Shown here one piece after another: positions 50,087 to 60,352 of a stretch of DNA of 64,000 nucleotides. The stretch is taken from positions 1-64,000 of the forward strand of contig JANPLN010000066.1 of assembly GCA_031426555.1 (NCBI GenBank), read 5' to 3'. Every line of letters begins with the position of its first letter. The stretch's first letter is position 1. Origin of the DNA: Bdellovibrionales bacterium. GTDB taxonomy: Bacteria > Bdellovibrionota > Bdellovibrionia > Bdellovibrionales > JAGQZY01. The notes beneath the pieces are model-generated. The model saw only the letters and a list, made by a program, of their open reading frames with translations, searched no databases and was not told the origin of the DNA. The translations under genes were made by a program, and so were the position numbers.

Positions 50087-51083
50087 TTTTTCAAAGCCGA
50101 AATTATTTTTGGCACCCATGGAAGGCGTTGTCGACGCCGTCAATCGCCGCCTCATTTCCTCACTCGGCGCGACCGATCTTTGTCTCACAGAGTTCGTTCG
50201 CGTGGTGGATCACCTTTTGCCTGCGAAGGTCTTTTTGCAATACTGCCCCGAGCTGCTCAGCAATTCGCGAACCCCGTCTGGCACTCCCGTTGTTATCCAA
50301 TTGCTTGGCAGTCAGCCGCAGCCCATGGCCGAAAACGCCCAGCGCGCGGTCGAGCTCGGCTCCTTGGGTATCGATCTCAACTTTGGCTGCCCAGCAAAAA
50401 CTGTGAACAACAGCGACGGCGGAGCCGCTCTTTTAAAAACACCCGATCGCATCTGCCGCGTTGTCGAAGCCGTGCGCAAAGCTGTGCCAGCGTCCCATCC
50501 TGTGTCCGTGAAGATTCGCTTGGGTTTCGACCATCCCTATCACTCTTTGGAAATTGCAAAAGCCATCGAAGCCGCCGGCGCCAGTTGGTTGGTGGTGCAT
50601 GCGCGCACAAAAATGGATGGCTACAAACCCCCAGCCTACTGGGATTACATCGCTGCAATCAACGAGCATCTAAAAATCCCAGTGATTGCCAACGGCGAGG
50701 TTTGGACTGTGGAGGACTATCATCGCTGTCGCGCCGTCTCTGGCAGCCAACACGTGATGTTGGGGCGCGGCTGGGTGGCCAACCCTGGCCTGGGATCGGA
50801 AATCAAAGCCAACGCGAAAAAACTGACGTGGGCGCAATGGCAAAACTACTTTTTAGAATTCTTTCGCCTCTCCAAGGAGTACCGCCATGAACGCTATGCA
50901 GTTCAGCGCACAAAACAAATGGCGCGAATGATGAGCCAAACCTATAGCGAAGCTGGCGAGCTATTACAAAAAATCAAAACTCTCGAGACCGCGGAACCCA
51001 TGCTCGAAATATTATGTAACAAATTTGGCAACAAGCCCTACTTCGAATCATCAACCCAATCTGAAAGGACTGCCTATGTCTAA
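50058..51083 (+). CDS. tRNA-dihydrouridine synthase (DusC-like)
   Basis: LAPMEGV, IDLNFGCPAKTV, VHART..GY, IANGE. Confidence 0.9.
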   Translation: MMSFTNWPIDFSKPKLFLAPMEGVVDAVNRRLISSLGATDLCLTEFVRVVDHLLPAKVFLQYCPELLSNSRTPSGTPVVIQLLGSQPQPMAENAQRAVELGSLGIDLNFGCPAKTVNNSDGGAALLKTPDRICRVVEAVRKAVPASHPVSVKIRLGFDHPYHSLEIAKAIEAAGASWLVVHARTKMDGYKPPAYWDYIAAINEHLKIPVIANGEVWTVEDYHRCRAVSGSQHVMLGRGWVANPGLGSEIKANAKKLTWAQWQNYFLEFFRLSKEYRHERYAVQRTKQMARMMSQTYSEAGELLQKIKTLETAEPMLEILCNKFGNKPYFESSTQSERTAYV

Positions 51084-51327
51084 AGTTTTAATTTACACGA
51101 AATCCTATTGCCCTTATTGCGATCGTGCGAAAGCGCTGTTGAAAAGAAAAGGTGCAAGTTACGAGGAAATTTCGGTGGAAGGCGACAAAAAAATCTACAC
51201 AGAGCTCAAACAAAAAACCGGTTTGATGACTGTGCCGCAGATTTTTATTAACGATGAGTTGGTCGGTGGTTACACCGACCTTGCAGAGCTTGATCAAAAA
51301 GGTCTTCTGGATGCCAAGCTGACTTAG
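51076..51327 (+). CDS. grxC: Glutaredoxin 3
   Basis: CPYC active site, TVPQIFI, GG. Confidence 0.93.
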   Translation: MSKVLIYTKSYCPYCDRAKALLKRKGASYEEISVEGDKKIYTELKQKTGLMTVPQIFINDELVGGYTDLAELDQKGLLDAKLT

Positions 51328-51352
51328 TTTTTAAAAAAGACCGGGTCTTTTA

Positions 51353-51898
51353 TTAATCAGCCGTGTGGTTCGTCGTGATTGTTAATGGGCCACCATTGGC
51401 TTTTGCTTGGCGCACCCACGCATTCAAAGTCTTGGCGTTAGCGTACTCAAGTCGGATGCAACCGTGGGACTCTTTATTCCCCGTCACGTTACCTGCATGA
51501 ACGGCAAAGCCTGTTCCTTGCCCTTTAGACCCTAGAATAAACATGGCGTAGGGCATGGAATCTCCGCGGCCGGAAACATAACCCGAGCCCATGATCCGGC
51601 TAAGGTTTAAACTGCGATTGGTCATCTTGGGAGTATTCACACCGTTAAAGTCTACATCGTTATTAGGGTCTCCAGGGGAAGTGCCCCAGCGAGCTACTAA
51701 ATTACCATTTAGATAAATGTCCATGCGATAACAAACCTCGTACGAACATCCAAGTTCTGTTCGCGCCATATCGAAAACTTCCATATGCACGGAACCGATG
51801 TCGCTTGGTACTTGCTCAGGAAGAAAAAACGCTCCCTCAAACTGCGCAAACGCTGACTGGCTTAATATCAGTAAGCTTAAAATTAAAAAACTCTTCAT
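51353..51898 (-). CDS. L,D-transpeptidase (YkuD domain), secreted
   Basis: MPYAMF, AVHAG..SHGCIRL; signal peptide; GGAGG RBS. Confidence 0.88.
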   Translation of the reverse strand: MKSFLILSLLILSQSAFAQFEGAFFLPEQVPSDIGSVHMEVFDMARTELGCSYEVCYRMDIYLNGNLVARWGTSPGDPNNDVDFNGVNTPKMTNRSLNLSRIMGSGYVSGRGDSMPYAMFILGSKGQGTGFAVHAGNVTGNKESHGCIRLEYANAKTLNAWVRQAKANGGPLTITTNHTAD

Positions 51899-52052
51899 AG
51901 AACCTCCGAATGATTTGTAAATTTAAAATTTTAGGAATCATTCTTATAAACGTGTGGCCTTCATTTTGGAATAAAAAAGTAAGTTTTTTGAAAATGAGGG
52001 AAATTTTTCAAGTTTGGTTATGAACGCGTTTGCCTGTTTTACGGTTGCGGCA

Positions 52053-53768
52053 TTATGGTTGCGGCGCTTGAAATCTTTGAATCAATCGATGCATTTCCGG
52101 CGTAACATAGGGGCGGTCTTGATCGTAGATGGAAAAGAAATGAATGGTTCCCCCTACGAGCCGTCCCACGATGCGAACCTTACCGCCGTGTTTGAGCAGT
52201 TTGATATCGCGAAACTCAGGATGGATGGAGTTGATTTTGCGCAAGCCCGACGAGTTTTGATGGGCCACGTACCCCTTGGAAAGCGCTGCTAAAAAATACG
52301 ACCCGCGCTCGGGATTCCGTTTAAAAAACTCAATAACCTCGGCAGAAAATACGACTGAATGATAGTCAAGACCCTTGATCTTATAAGCTTTTTGCGGCAG
52401 CAAGAGTTCCCATTGAAAATCCAATTGGTTAAAAAACTCGATGTCGATTCGTTGTTTTTGCCGAGACCATTCTTGCAATAGTTTATCGATGGCAAAATGC
52501 TCGCGATCAAAAGCCTGTTTATGCGCCAGCCACTCTTTATGGGAAAGGTCTTGCATGTACAACTTACCCAAGGTTTTGCTGGAGCTGTTAAACCGCACCA
52601 TCCAAGCGGCGGCCAAATCGGGTTCAAGGCTGGCAGTCTCAGCTTTTGCCCACCCAAGACGCTGCTCCACAGCTGCAATTTGCAAATTGAGGTCTTCAAT
52701 CCCCACCAGTGCTTCCTCTAAGAGGATTTCCTGTCGTTTGTAATAGGCATCAAATTGGCGGAGCAATAATTGGATTCTTGCGAACTCTGGATACGTGGAG
52801 GTCATCAGCTCTTTGCTTGTCAAAGTGTGCGGCAGGCGATTTTCTAAAATATATTTATTGAAATAGCGCACTAACGAAATTCGCAACTCAACCTTCGCTT
52901 TCTCTGCGTCGGCGTTATTTACCATTGGATTTTTTACGATAAATTGTAAATCTGCAATATGTTGGTTTTCAACGGCTTCGGGAAAGTGCAATTGCTTCAC
53001 TCCGGCGACGAGAAGATCGTAGAGTTCGGTTATCGCTTTTTGCCTAATAAAAGTTCCCAAGCCGTGGGGACCCATCACAAGCTTTGATTCTGAGCGCGAG
53101 TAAAGCCCTCGCGCCGTGAGGATCAATTGATCTTGGGAGTCTTGAGAAGTGGTCCGCCCACCAATCGTTGCGGGAGCTTTCTCTGACTCCAAATAGTTGT
53201 AATAGTCCGCTTGAATTCGCGCCCACGCAATTGCGATGGTCCCAGTCTCGCGAACATTCATAAAACGGAGTAAATCTTGTCGCGAAGTGAGGTCCACGGT
53301 TGGAGCTTGAGGATTGGCTTGGTTGATCCACCGACTGAGCATGGTTAGCAGCTGATACATACTCTGGGCGGCCTGCCAGTCGCCGCGATAGGCTTTTAAC
53401 AAAAGCCTTTTGTCTTGATTGCGAAAAAAATCGATGGAACCCTTCACGCCTGCGATATCGTTGAACGAAATCCCCAAGGTCAGAAAAAGAATCTCATCGG
53501 CAATCGTGGCATGGGCCATATCTTCGTTTTTTTTCGAATGCTTCATTAAAAGATCGAGGCTGCCCTCTGGACCTTTAAAACGTCGAACATTCTGTGCGTC
53601 CACCGCTTTTTTAAGAAGGGATGGATTTAACGAGGAAGGATCGGGAATGAACTGTGCAGATATCTGCATGGGAATCGTAAATATATTTCGGCACACTTGG
53701 TATGCAGTGGCATTCAAACAATGAAAAAAAAGCAGAATGCTTAAGCTTAACCGCAAAACAGTTCCCAA
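52053..53768 (-). CDS. Secreted protein with CxxIF motif, helical/coiled-coil body and possible C-terminal RelE/ParE-like domain
   Basis: Signal peptide then VCRNIF; coiled-coil-like segment; C-terminal VVFS..LRKI..RDIK..VRIVG..IHFFSIY pattern. Confidence 0.6.
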   Translation of the reverse strand: MGTVLRLSLSILLFFHCLNATAYQVCRNIFTIPMQISAQFIPDPSSLNPSLLKKAVDAQNVRRFKGPEGSLDLLMKHSKKNEDMAHATIADEILFLTLGISFNDIAGVKGSIDFFRNQDKRLLLKAYRGDWQAAQSMYQLLTMLSRWINQANPQAPTVDLTSRQDLLRFMNVRETGTIAIAWARIQADYYNYLESEKAPATIGGRTTSQDSQDQLILTARGLYSRSESKLVMGPHGLGTFIRQKAITELYDLLVAGVKQLHFPEAVENQHIADLQFIVKNPMVNNADAEKAKVELRISLVRYFNKYILENRLPHTLTSKELMTSTYPEFARIQLLLRQFDAYYKRQEILLEEALVGIEDLNLQIAAVEQRLGWAKAETASLEPDLAAAWMVRFNSSSKTLGKLYMQDLSHKEWLAHKQAFDREHFAIDKLLQEWSRQKQRIDIEFFNQLDFQWELLLPQKAYKIKGLDYHSVVFSAEVIEFFKRNPERGSYFLAALSKGYVAHQNSSGLRKINSIHPEFRDIKLLKHGGKVRIVGRLVGGTIHFFSIYDQDRPYVTPEMHRLIQRFQAPQP

Positions 53769-53888
53769 CGTGACCAGTCAATTTATTCCATCTATATGAG
53801 AACTGGCATTAAACATAAATCCCGATGGTTTAACCAGCCCCATTGAAAATAAGACACAGCTGTCAAAATATTTCGCAGTGCTAAATGT

Positions 53889-54368
53889 CTAAGCAGGTGG
53901 CTTCCTCCTCAGACCTCTTAAAGCGTAGGGCACTCTCCCGCCGACTTCGCAATCATTGAGCAGAATGTAGTCCAATACCGCTAAAAAATCTCGCCCCCAG
54001 GTGACCACTCTTGAATAGGGCGCCAAGATCCAAAGCCCCTCCCCTAATTTTTGCGCGATAACTCCCGCGAGCGCTCGAATAAATCCTCTGAACAGCTGTC
54101 GGTTGGTAATTTTAATACAAAAATGAAAATGATCTTTTTGAACACTCTCCTTGTAAACTTTAACTCCAAATCTTTTGGCATAGAGAAAAAGAAGTTTTCT
54201 GAGCAAACTTCGATGGGAATAAAGATTTACACTCTGTTTAGATTTCAAAACAAAGTGCAGAGGTTTACGACTGTTTAAAACTCGCTCTGTTTTACGTTTT
54301 CCCTTTATAGCAAGAGATCCACCAAACTCTTTCTCCGTTGGTTCAAAGAAACTCATTTGTCGGGCCAT
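53889..54368 (-). mobile_element. Y1 (HUH) tyrosine transposase-like gene, RAYT/IS200-like
   Basis: LHFVLKS, DHFHF (HUH), YILLN catalytic Tyr helix; AAGGAG RBS; element ends not defined. Confidence 0.7.
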
Positions 54369-54727
54369 TGTTTTCTCCTTTTAAAAAAACAATATACAGC
54401 CACTTTTAAAAATCAGTTTTTGGAGAAATTAAAAAATAAAACCCCTACTAGATATAACTCTTTATCGTGTTTTAAATCGCGGTAACAGCTTTGCCCCAAA
54501 GAGAAAATCTAACCAACGAACCGCTTGGTGAGTTTTCAACAAAAACCCTAAGGAAGAAGATTTAATGACACAAAACAGGCGTCAAGCACTGATGACAGTT
54601 GTCAAAAAAATATTTATTAAAAACCTATTTTCAAAAAAAATACTTTGTACAGCGACTTGGGAGCCCAGTGCACCAATGGTTCTGGGGCAAATCTCGGCTG
54701 ATCAGGAGGATCAGACGAAACGGGGTT

Positions 54728-54747
54728 AAAAGGGCAGCGGCCCTTTT
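54728..54747. terminator. Symmetric hairpin AAAAGGGC-AGCG-GCCCTTTT, possible bidirectional terminator
   Basis: Perfect 8-bp stem about 80 bp downstream of the dus stop. Confidence 0.55.
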
Positions 54748-54825
54748 CGTTCAGGATGAACTTATCCGCAAAATAGCAATTGTGTTAAGAGTGTGCGCAA
54801 CAAGAAAAAATAAAGTCGAATCTCA

Positions 54826-55866
54826 CTAAGTTCGCCATTCTGTCCTCTGAATCATTCTCTGTTCGATTTTGAAAAAATCGTCCAAGGCCTCGTTCAATTG
54901 TTCTAAGGTGTGGCAATTGGTCATCTTTGCATACAGAAAATGTCCGTACTCCAGCCACACGGCGCTGGTTTTTATATAGAACTGAAACTTTTTAAGAGCT
55001 ACCACCGGACGAAAGCGCGCAAACATTTCCTGCGCCAGTTGTTTTGCACAAATAAAAAATTCTTGCCCTTCTTCTTCGGGAGTTGAGGGAGCCCTCCCCG
55101 TCCTGCCAGCAGGCGCCGGAAGTCCCATTCTCTCTCCCACCTGCCACATCAACCAAGGGCGCGCGGTCAGTGCTCGACCAATCATCACCATGTCACAACC
55201 AGTTTCCTGCTGCATGCGAAACACATCATCAACAACTTGCACATCTCCATTGCCAATGACCGGTATCGAAAGCGCTTCCTTAATCTTGCGAATCTGCGCC
55301 CAGTCGGCCGTGCCACGACGTTTTTGCTCTGCCGTGCGCGGATGCAGTGTGAGCCAGCTTGCACCTGCACGTTCCAAGGTTTTCATAAAAGGGATCATCC
55401 CCTCGACGGTGTTTTCGAAACCGGCTCGCAGCTTTACCGACACTGGCACCCGCGAATGCCGCACGGTCATCTCGACCACGCGGGCGGCGTAGTCCACGTC
55501 GCCCATCAAAGCCACACCGTAGTTGTGCTTGAGGGCCTTTTGCACCGGGCAACCCATATTTATATCAATACCGCTCGCCCCATAATCCACCAGTTTTTGC
55601 ACAGAGGCTGAGATGTATTTCTCCTCGTTGCCTAAAATTTGCGGCACCCAAAAATCTTCGCCCTCGTCGCGCATGGCTTCGGGAACAAGTGCTGGATTTT
55701 CCGTGGGCAAGCGACGACTGCTGAGCATTTCGCTGGGCCAAATGGTTTGCGCCCCTTCGGGCATGTAGCCCGCCACCACTTTGCGAAGGGCCACATGGCT
55801 TAAACCCACCATGGGCGCTAAACAAACGGGAAATTGCACTGGTAGAGGGAATCTTGTGTTTTGCAC
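54826..55866 (-). CDS. tRNA-dihydrouridine synthase (second paralog, DusB-like)
   Basis: LAPMVG, IDINMGCPV, LHPRT, IGNGDV, VMIGR. Confidence 0.9.
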   Translation of the reverse strand: MQNTRFPLPVQFPVCLAPMVGLSHVALRKVVAGYMPEGAQTIWPSEMLSSRRLPTENPALVPEAMRDEGEDFWVPQILGNEEKYISASVQKLVDYGASGIDINMGCPVQKALKHNYGVALMGDVDYAARVVEMTVRHSRVPVSVKLRAGFENTVEGMIPFMKTLERAGASWLTLHPRTAEQKRRGTADWAQIRKIKEALSIPVIGNGDVQVVDDVFRMQQETGCDMVMIGRALTARPWLMWQVGERMGLPAPAGRTGRAPSTPEEEGQEFFICAKQLAQEMFARFRPVVALKKFQFYIKTSAVWLEYGHFLYAKMTNCHTLEQLNEALDDFFKIEQRMIQRTEWRT

Positions 55867-55889
55867 ACTACGGGTATATAAGGAAGCTT

Positions 55890-57041
55890 GTGGCGAAACA
55901 AATAAATCCTGGAATTAAATTGGGAATTTTAGGTGGGGGACAGCTCGCGCGCATGCTTGCGCTGAGCGCTCACCAAATGGGCCTTCATCCCCACGTGCTT
56001 TCGGAAAACTCTTTGGATCCCGCTCAACAAGTCACCCGCTTCAACCATGTAGGCTCCCTCACAGACGTCGCTGTGGTGGAGAACTTTTTAAAACAGGTCG
56101 ACGTGGCCACTTTTGAAAGTGAATTTCTCGACGGCACTTTGTTGAGTCAGGCCCACCAAACCACAAAGACTCCCATTTACCCCAACGTTTCTACCATGGA
56201 GCTTTTGCAGGACCGCCTTACGCAAAAGCAAAACCTCGATTTATTAAAAATACCCACCGCTCAATGGCTACCGGCAAACAGCGCCGCCGAAGCGCAAACA
56301 GCGGTGAATTCCCTGGGGCTTCCCTTGGTTTTCAAAAAGCGGCGCTTCGGCTATGACGGCTACGGGACTTTTGTGGTTAAAACAAAAATCCAAGTGGACG
56401 AGTTCTGCGCCAAACAATTTTCCCCAAAAAATTTACATCCGACGGGCTTTATTGTCGAAAAATGGATTCCCTTCAAACGCGAATTGGCCTGCGTGTTTGC
56501 GCGAAATATTTCGGGCCATATCAGTCATTACCCGCTGGTTGAAAGTTTACAAAAAAATTCTCGCTGTTTTTGGGTTAAAGGCCCAATAAAATATACGACG
56601 AAGCACAAAAACTTTTCTGCGTTTGTAAAAAAATTCAGTCTGTTCTTAAAAAAGATGAACTACGTTGGCGTGATGGCCGTGGAGTTTTTTGATACCAAGA
56701 ACGGGCTTTTGGTCAACGAGCTTGCCCCCCGGGTACACAACTCCGCCCATTACACCATGGACGCCTTTACGGTGTCGCAATTCGATTTGCATATCAAAGC
56801 GTTGCTCAACCAATCGGTCAATATTCCTAAAGCCAATGCCAAGGGCTTTGCCATGGTGAATTTGCTAGGCGGTTCGGCAAAAAAAATCCAGTGGGTTCTC
56901 GATGCGGATGTTCAGCTTCACTGGTATGGAAAATCTGAAAATCGCGACGGCCGAAAAATGGGCCACTTAAATACTCTTGGAACGTCGCCCGAGGCGGCAC
57001 TGAAACTTGCACTTAAGAATTTAAAAAGGATTCATCTATGA
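55890..57041 (+). CDS. purK: N5-carboxyaminoimidazole ribonucleotide synthase
   Basis: [37 protein letters not shown]. Confidence 0.95.
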   Translation: MAKQINPGIKLGILGGGQLARMLALSAHQMGLHPHVLSENSLDPAQQVTRFNHVGSLTDVAVVENFLKQVDVATFESEFLDGTLLSQAHQTTKTPIYPNVSTMELLQDRLTQKQNLDLLKIPTAQWLPANSAAEAQTAVNSLGLPLVFKKRRFGYDGYGTFVVKTKIQVDEFCAKQFSPKNLHPTGFIVEKWIPFKRELACVFARNISGHISHYPLVESLQKNSRCFWVKGPIKYTTKHKNFSAFVKKFSLFLKKMNYVGVMAVEFFDTKNGLLVNELAPRVHNSAHYTMDAFTVSQFDLHIKALLNQSVNIPKANAKGFAMVNLLGGSAKKIQWVLDADVQLHWYGKSENRDGRKMGHLNTLGTSPEAALKLALKNLKRIHL

Positions 57042-57541
57042 AGAAAGTAAAAGTGGCTGTGGTCATGGGAAGCGATTCCGACATGCGCGTGATGAAAGAC
57101 GCCGTCGAAACGCTCCAAACCTTTAAAGTCTCTTGCTCCACAAAAGTTATTTCCGCGCATCGCACACCTCAGGAAATGTTGGATTTTGCAAAGAGTGCCA
57201 GAGATCTCGGCGTCGAAGTGATCATTGCCGGTGCTGGAGGCGCCGCTCACCTCCCGGGTATGATTGCCTCGGCCACCACACTGCCAGTGATTGGCGTTCC
57301 CGTTCAGCTCAAACATCTCGACGGTTTGGATTCTTTGCTGTCCGTCGCGCAGATGCCTAAGGGTGTGCCCGTGGCCACCATGGCCATCGACAACGCCACC
57401 AACGCGGCCTTGTTTGCTTTGCGCATTCTCTCTCTGAGCGATAAAAAAATTGCACAGAAATTAGCTGGGCATCAAAAAGAAATGAAATTGAAAGTAAAAA
57501 AGGCCAACAAAAACTTAAAACAATCCTTACCTAAAAAGTAA
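57038..57541 (+). CDS. purE: N5-carboxyaminoimidazole ribonucleotide mutase
   Basis: [34 protein letters not shown]. Confidence 0.97.
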   Translation: MKKVKVAVVMGSDSDMRVMKDAVETLQTFKVSCSTKVISAHRTPQEMLDFAKSARDLGVEVIIAGAGGAAHLPGMIASATTLPVIGVPVQLKHLDGLDSLLSVAQMPKGVPVATMAIDNATNAALFALRILSLSDKKIAQKLAGHQKEMKLKVKKANKNLKQSLPKK

Positions 57542-57620
57542 GCTGAGGACACAACCTCTGTTTGCAAAACATTTTCCTGGTGTCAGTTATCTCGGATTCA
57601 AGGATGCGGTCTAGCGAAAA

Positions 57621-57896
57621 TTAGCGCACCTTGCAGCGGATAATAACTGTGTAATCCGTTTGCTCCCCGACGCGAACACCACGTACGCGGTTCAATACGA
57701 TGTAGCCCTTCGGACAAAGGTTTTCACATTTGTGAAAGCAGTCTTGCATTTCGTTTCGGCAAACAATGGTGTAACGGTTGCCATCGGCAGTGGTTTGAGT
57801 TTTTTCCGGAGACGAGGAGCAGGAGACCATCGAAGCCGTGTTTAGAAAGCACAGCATAGCTAAGATGAGTGTTGAATGAATTTGTTTCTTCACCAC
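57621..57896 (-). CDS. Small Cys-rich lipoprotein
   Basis: VSC lipobox; C..C..C..CPKGY..C; AAGGAG RBS. Confidence 0.7.
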   Translation of the reverse strand: MVKKQIHSTLILAMLCFLNTASMVSCSSSPEKTQTTADGNRYTIVCRNEMQDCFHKCENLCPKGYIVLNRVRGVRVGEQTDYTVIIRCKVR

Positions 57897-57909
57897 GTCT
57901 CCTTAAAAA

Positions 57910-58506
57910 TTATTCGAATTTATAGGAAAACGATTGAACTCGTTTGAGTGGTTTTTGCGGGAAATTGGGTGGATACGGTTTAAACGGACTTGAGGCTTTC
58001 ACGAGATCCACTGCTGCCTGATTTAAAACATCGTGGTCGCATTTTTCTTTCAGCATGATGTCTGTTAAGCGGCCATCCGGATTGATATTGAACTCCAATG
58101 TGATGTTTTCGCACTCTTGCCCTAAGCGGCGCGCCATCTTTGGGTATTTTTTATTGGCCTGAAGCCAAAGTGTCAGCTCTGTGTCGTACGGCAGCGCCTT
58201 TTTTCCACCTTGTCCAAAGGCCTCTTCGGAGGAGTCTTCCGCGGCCCCCACATTTTTATCAAAGGTCTTTACGGCGTCGGGGTCGTTTTCCACAACCTTC
58301 TCAGACTTGTCTTTTTTTTCTTTAGGCTTGGGCGGATTGATTTTAGTTCCGCGACCGTCCCCCATCAGTAAAACGTCGCTATCGTAGTACTGCTGTTTCT
58401 CTTGACCCCATTTATAAAAAATAGAAGAAAAAAGCAAACCGTGGAGTAGAAAGCTTGCGATTACGCTGGCAGAAAAAATGTTTATAAATTGGTTTTGCTT
58501 TTTCAT
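57910..58506 (-). CDS. TonB family C-terminal domain protein
   Basis: N-terminal TM with SxxLH, charged linker, YPKMARR, LNQAA, PFKP. Confidence 0.82.
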   Translation of the reverse strand: MKKQNQFINIFSASVIASFLLHGLLFSSIFYKWGQEKQQYYDSDVLLMGDGRGTKINPPKPKEKKDKSEKVVENDPDAVKTFDKNVGAAEDSSEEAFGQGGKKALPYDTELTLWLQANKKYPKMARRLGQECENITLEFNINPDGRLTDIMLKEKCDHDVLNQAAVDLVKASSPFKPYPPNFPQKPLKRVQSFSYKFE

Positions 58507-58581
58507 CGAAATGATTAAAACACCCTCTATTTAAAAATGCAAAATTTCCTTGGCAATTTTTACACAAGCTGCCAAGACGCC

Positions 58582-58998
58582 CTATCGACGCCCTGACTTA
58601 ATCTTTTTTTGTAACTTAGAAATAAGATGAACAGCCATTTTTTCGTGAACTTTGCACATTTTCAGCTCATCTTTTCGATACGAGCGCTGACTTGGCGTCA
58701 ATGTTCCGGTTTCTAGCTCCATCTCATAATCCATCTTACTTGAGCGAATTCCCTCAAGTTCTTTGGTTTGCTGCTTAAAGGTTTTGCCAACCTGACTTAA
58801 CGGGGCAACCTCAATCCAGTCCTCTTTTTGCCGATACCAACTCACCATACGTAAAAAACGCGCTTTATTTTTAGCTAAGGTAAACTTTGGATACTGTTCC
58901 TCGTTCAACTCTAAAATATTGTCGCACTGGTCAATCTCATCAACTTCATCAAGGTGCTGAAAAACCACATCTTTCTCAACTTCTTGCTTTTCAAGCAT
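58582..58998 (-). CDS. Hypothetical protein
   Basis: Charged helical ORF with GAGGAGG RBS; start 58998 or TTG 59004. Confidence 0.65.
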   Translation of the reverse strand: MLEKQEVEKDVVFQHLDEVDEIDQCDNILELNEEQYPKFTLAKNKARFLRMVSWYRQKEDWIEVAPLSQVGKTFKQQTKELEGIRSSKMDYEMELETGTLTPSQRSYRKDELKMCKVHEKMAVHLISKLQKKIKSGRR

Positions 58999-59119
58999 TT
59001 CCAAAACAACCTCCTCAACGCTGTGATAGACAAATGAATTAACACAAATCCAAAAAATTTGCACCAAGTCATAGAAAATATTCAGGCGCTTTGTAATTTA
59101 AAGGTTGCCAATCGGACTG

Positions 59120-60352
59120 CTAGCGATCTGCGTCGACTAAGGCTGCGATGACCAGGTCTCCGCTCACATTGATGGTCGTACGGCACATATCCAAAAAGCG
59201 ATCCACCCCAAGAATTAATCCCAAACCTTCAGCAGGTACGCCTACTTGCTGCATTACAATCATAATGAGCGGCAGTGATCCGCCGGGAACTCCAGCCGTG
59301 CCAATTCCAGCAATTATAGACATTAAGACAACTTTTGTTTGGCTTGCGAAGTCCAAATCCACGCCGTAAACCTGCGCCAAAAACAAAACCGTAATGCCCT
59401 CAAAAAGTGCAGTTCCATTTTGGTTTGCCGTGGATCCCACAGTGAGCACAAAGCGCGAGATGGCAGGAGTGATCTTTAACTTGTTTTCGGCGAGTTCCAA
59501 AGACTTCGGCAGCGTTGCGTTCGACGAAGACGTGGCAAACGCGTAAATGTAAACTTCGCGACACTCTTTAAAAAATGCCAAAGGCGATCGCTTACTAAAG
59601 GTTTTAAGTAAGGCTGCGTAGACCACAAACTGTTGGATCAGCAAGGCCGCCACCACCACCGCCACATAATATAGCAATGAAAGTAAGAGCTCGTAGCCGA
59701 ATTTAAAGGTGGTGGTGAACACCAAACAAAAAACCGCGTACGGTGCCCACGACATAACGTAATCCACAATTTTTAAACTGCCGGCGTAAATCTCTTCGAG
59801 TAGATTTATAAAAACGCTTTTGTCTTTTTGTGGAGAGGTACGGCTAAGCGCAAAACCAAACACCAAGGCAAAAAACATGAGCGCCAGCATTTCGCCATCC
59901 AGAGCGTTCACTGCCGACTGCAATGGATTTTTCGGAACAATCTCAATCAGCGCCTGAATCCCCGACTTTGCTTTGCTTACATGGGTTTGCAGTTCGGCCA
60001 CGTCGGTGAGCTCTTTAGGGATCGAAACGGTTTTCCCAGGCTGGGCGATGTTGATTAAAGCAACGCCGATCAAAACCGATGCACCGCTAGCCAGAACTGT
60101 GAAGAGAAGAGTTTTCGAAATCACTTTGCCCAAGCCATGGTGCTGCCCAAGCTCGTAGACGCCGAGCACGAGACCCGAAAAGACCATGGGTACAACAATC
60201 ATAAATATAAGACGCAGAAAAACTTGCCCTAATGTGTAAAAGATATTTTCAGAAACCCAACGAATTGCCTCGTTATGAGCGTAAGCATGTAAGCTCACTC
60301 CTAGTGCAGCTCCGAGCGCGAGGGCTATTAGTAATTTATAGTGTGTCTTCAT
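59120..60352 (-). CDS. Dicarboxylate/amino acid:cation symporter (GltP/DAACS family)
   Basis: FATSSSNATLP, ANQNGTALFE, GTAGVPGG, DRFLDMCRT. Confidence 0.93.
   Translation of the reverse strand: MKTHYKLLIALALGAALGVSLHAYAHNEAIRWVSENIFYTLGQVFLRLIFMIVVPMVFSGLVLGVYELGQHHGLGKVISKTLLFTVLASGASVLIGVALINIAQPGKTVSIPKELTDVAELQTHVSKAKSGIQALIEIVPKNPLQSAVNALDGEMLALMFFALVFGFALSRTSPQKDKSVFINLLEEIYAGSLKIVDYVMSWAPYAVFCLVFTTTFKFGYELLLSLLYYVAVVVAALLIQQFVVYAALLKTFSKRSPLAFFKECREVYIYAFATSSSNATLPKSLELAENKLKITPAISRFVLTVGSTANQNGTALFEGITVLFLAQVYGVDLDFASQTKVVLMSIIAGIGTAGVPGGSLPLIMIVMQQVGVPAEGLGLILGVDRFLDMCRTTINVSGDLVIAALVDADR

Noticed and set aside
50180..50890. 236-aa alternate-frame ORF
   Set aside because: Fully overlaps the dus gene; Arg/Ser-rich with no motifs, typical shadow ORF.
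54698..54721. Hammerhead ribozyme (CTGA...CGAAA)
   Set aside because: Core reads CTGATCA rather than CUGANGA and pairs with GATCAG. The CTGATGA at 54589 lacks a following GAAA and closing stems.
54481..54747. c-di-GMP-I riboswitch (GGCAAA segments on both strands)
   Set aside because: GNRA-capped P2 and the following GCAAA/P3 elements are not in the required arrangement.
50058..55866. Two dus genes as a recent duplication bounding an island
   Set aside because: The proteins are highly divergent and in opposite orientation, consistent with ancient paralogs; no nucleotide repeat seen.
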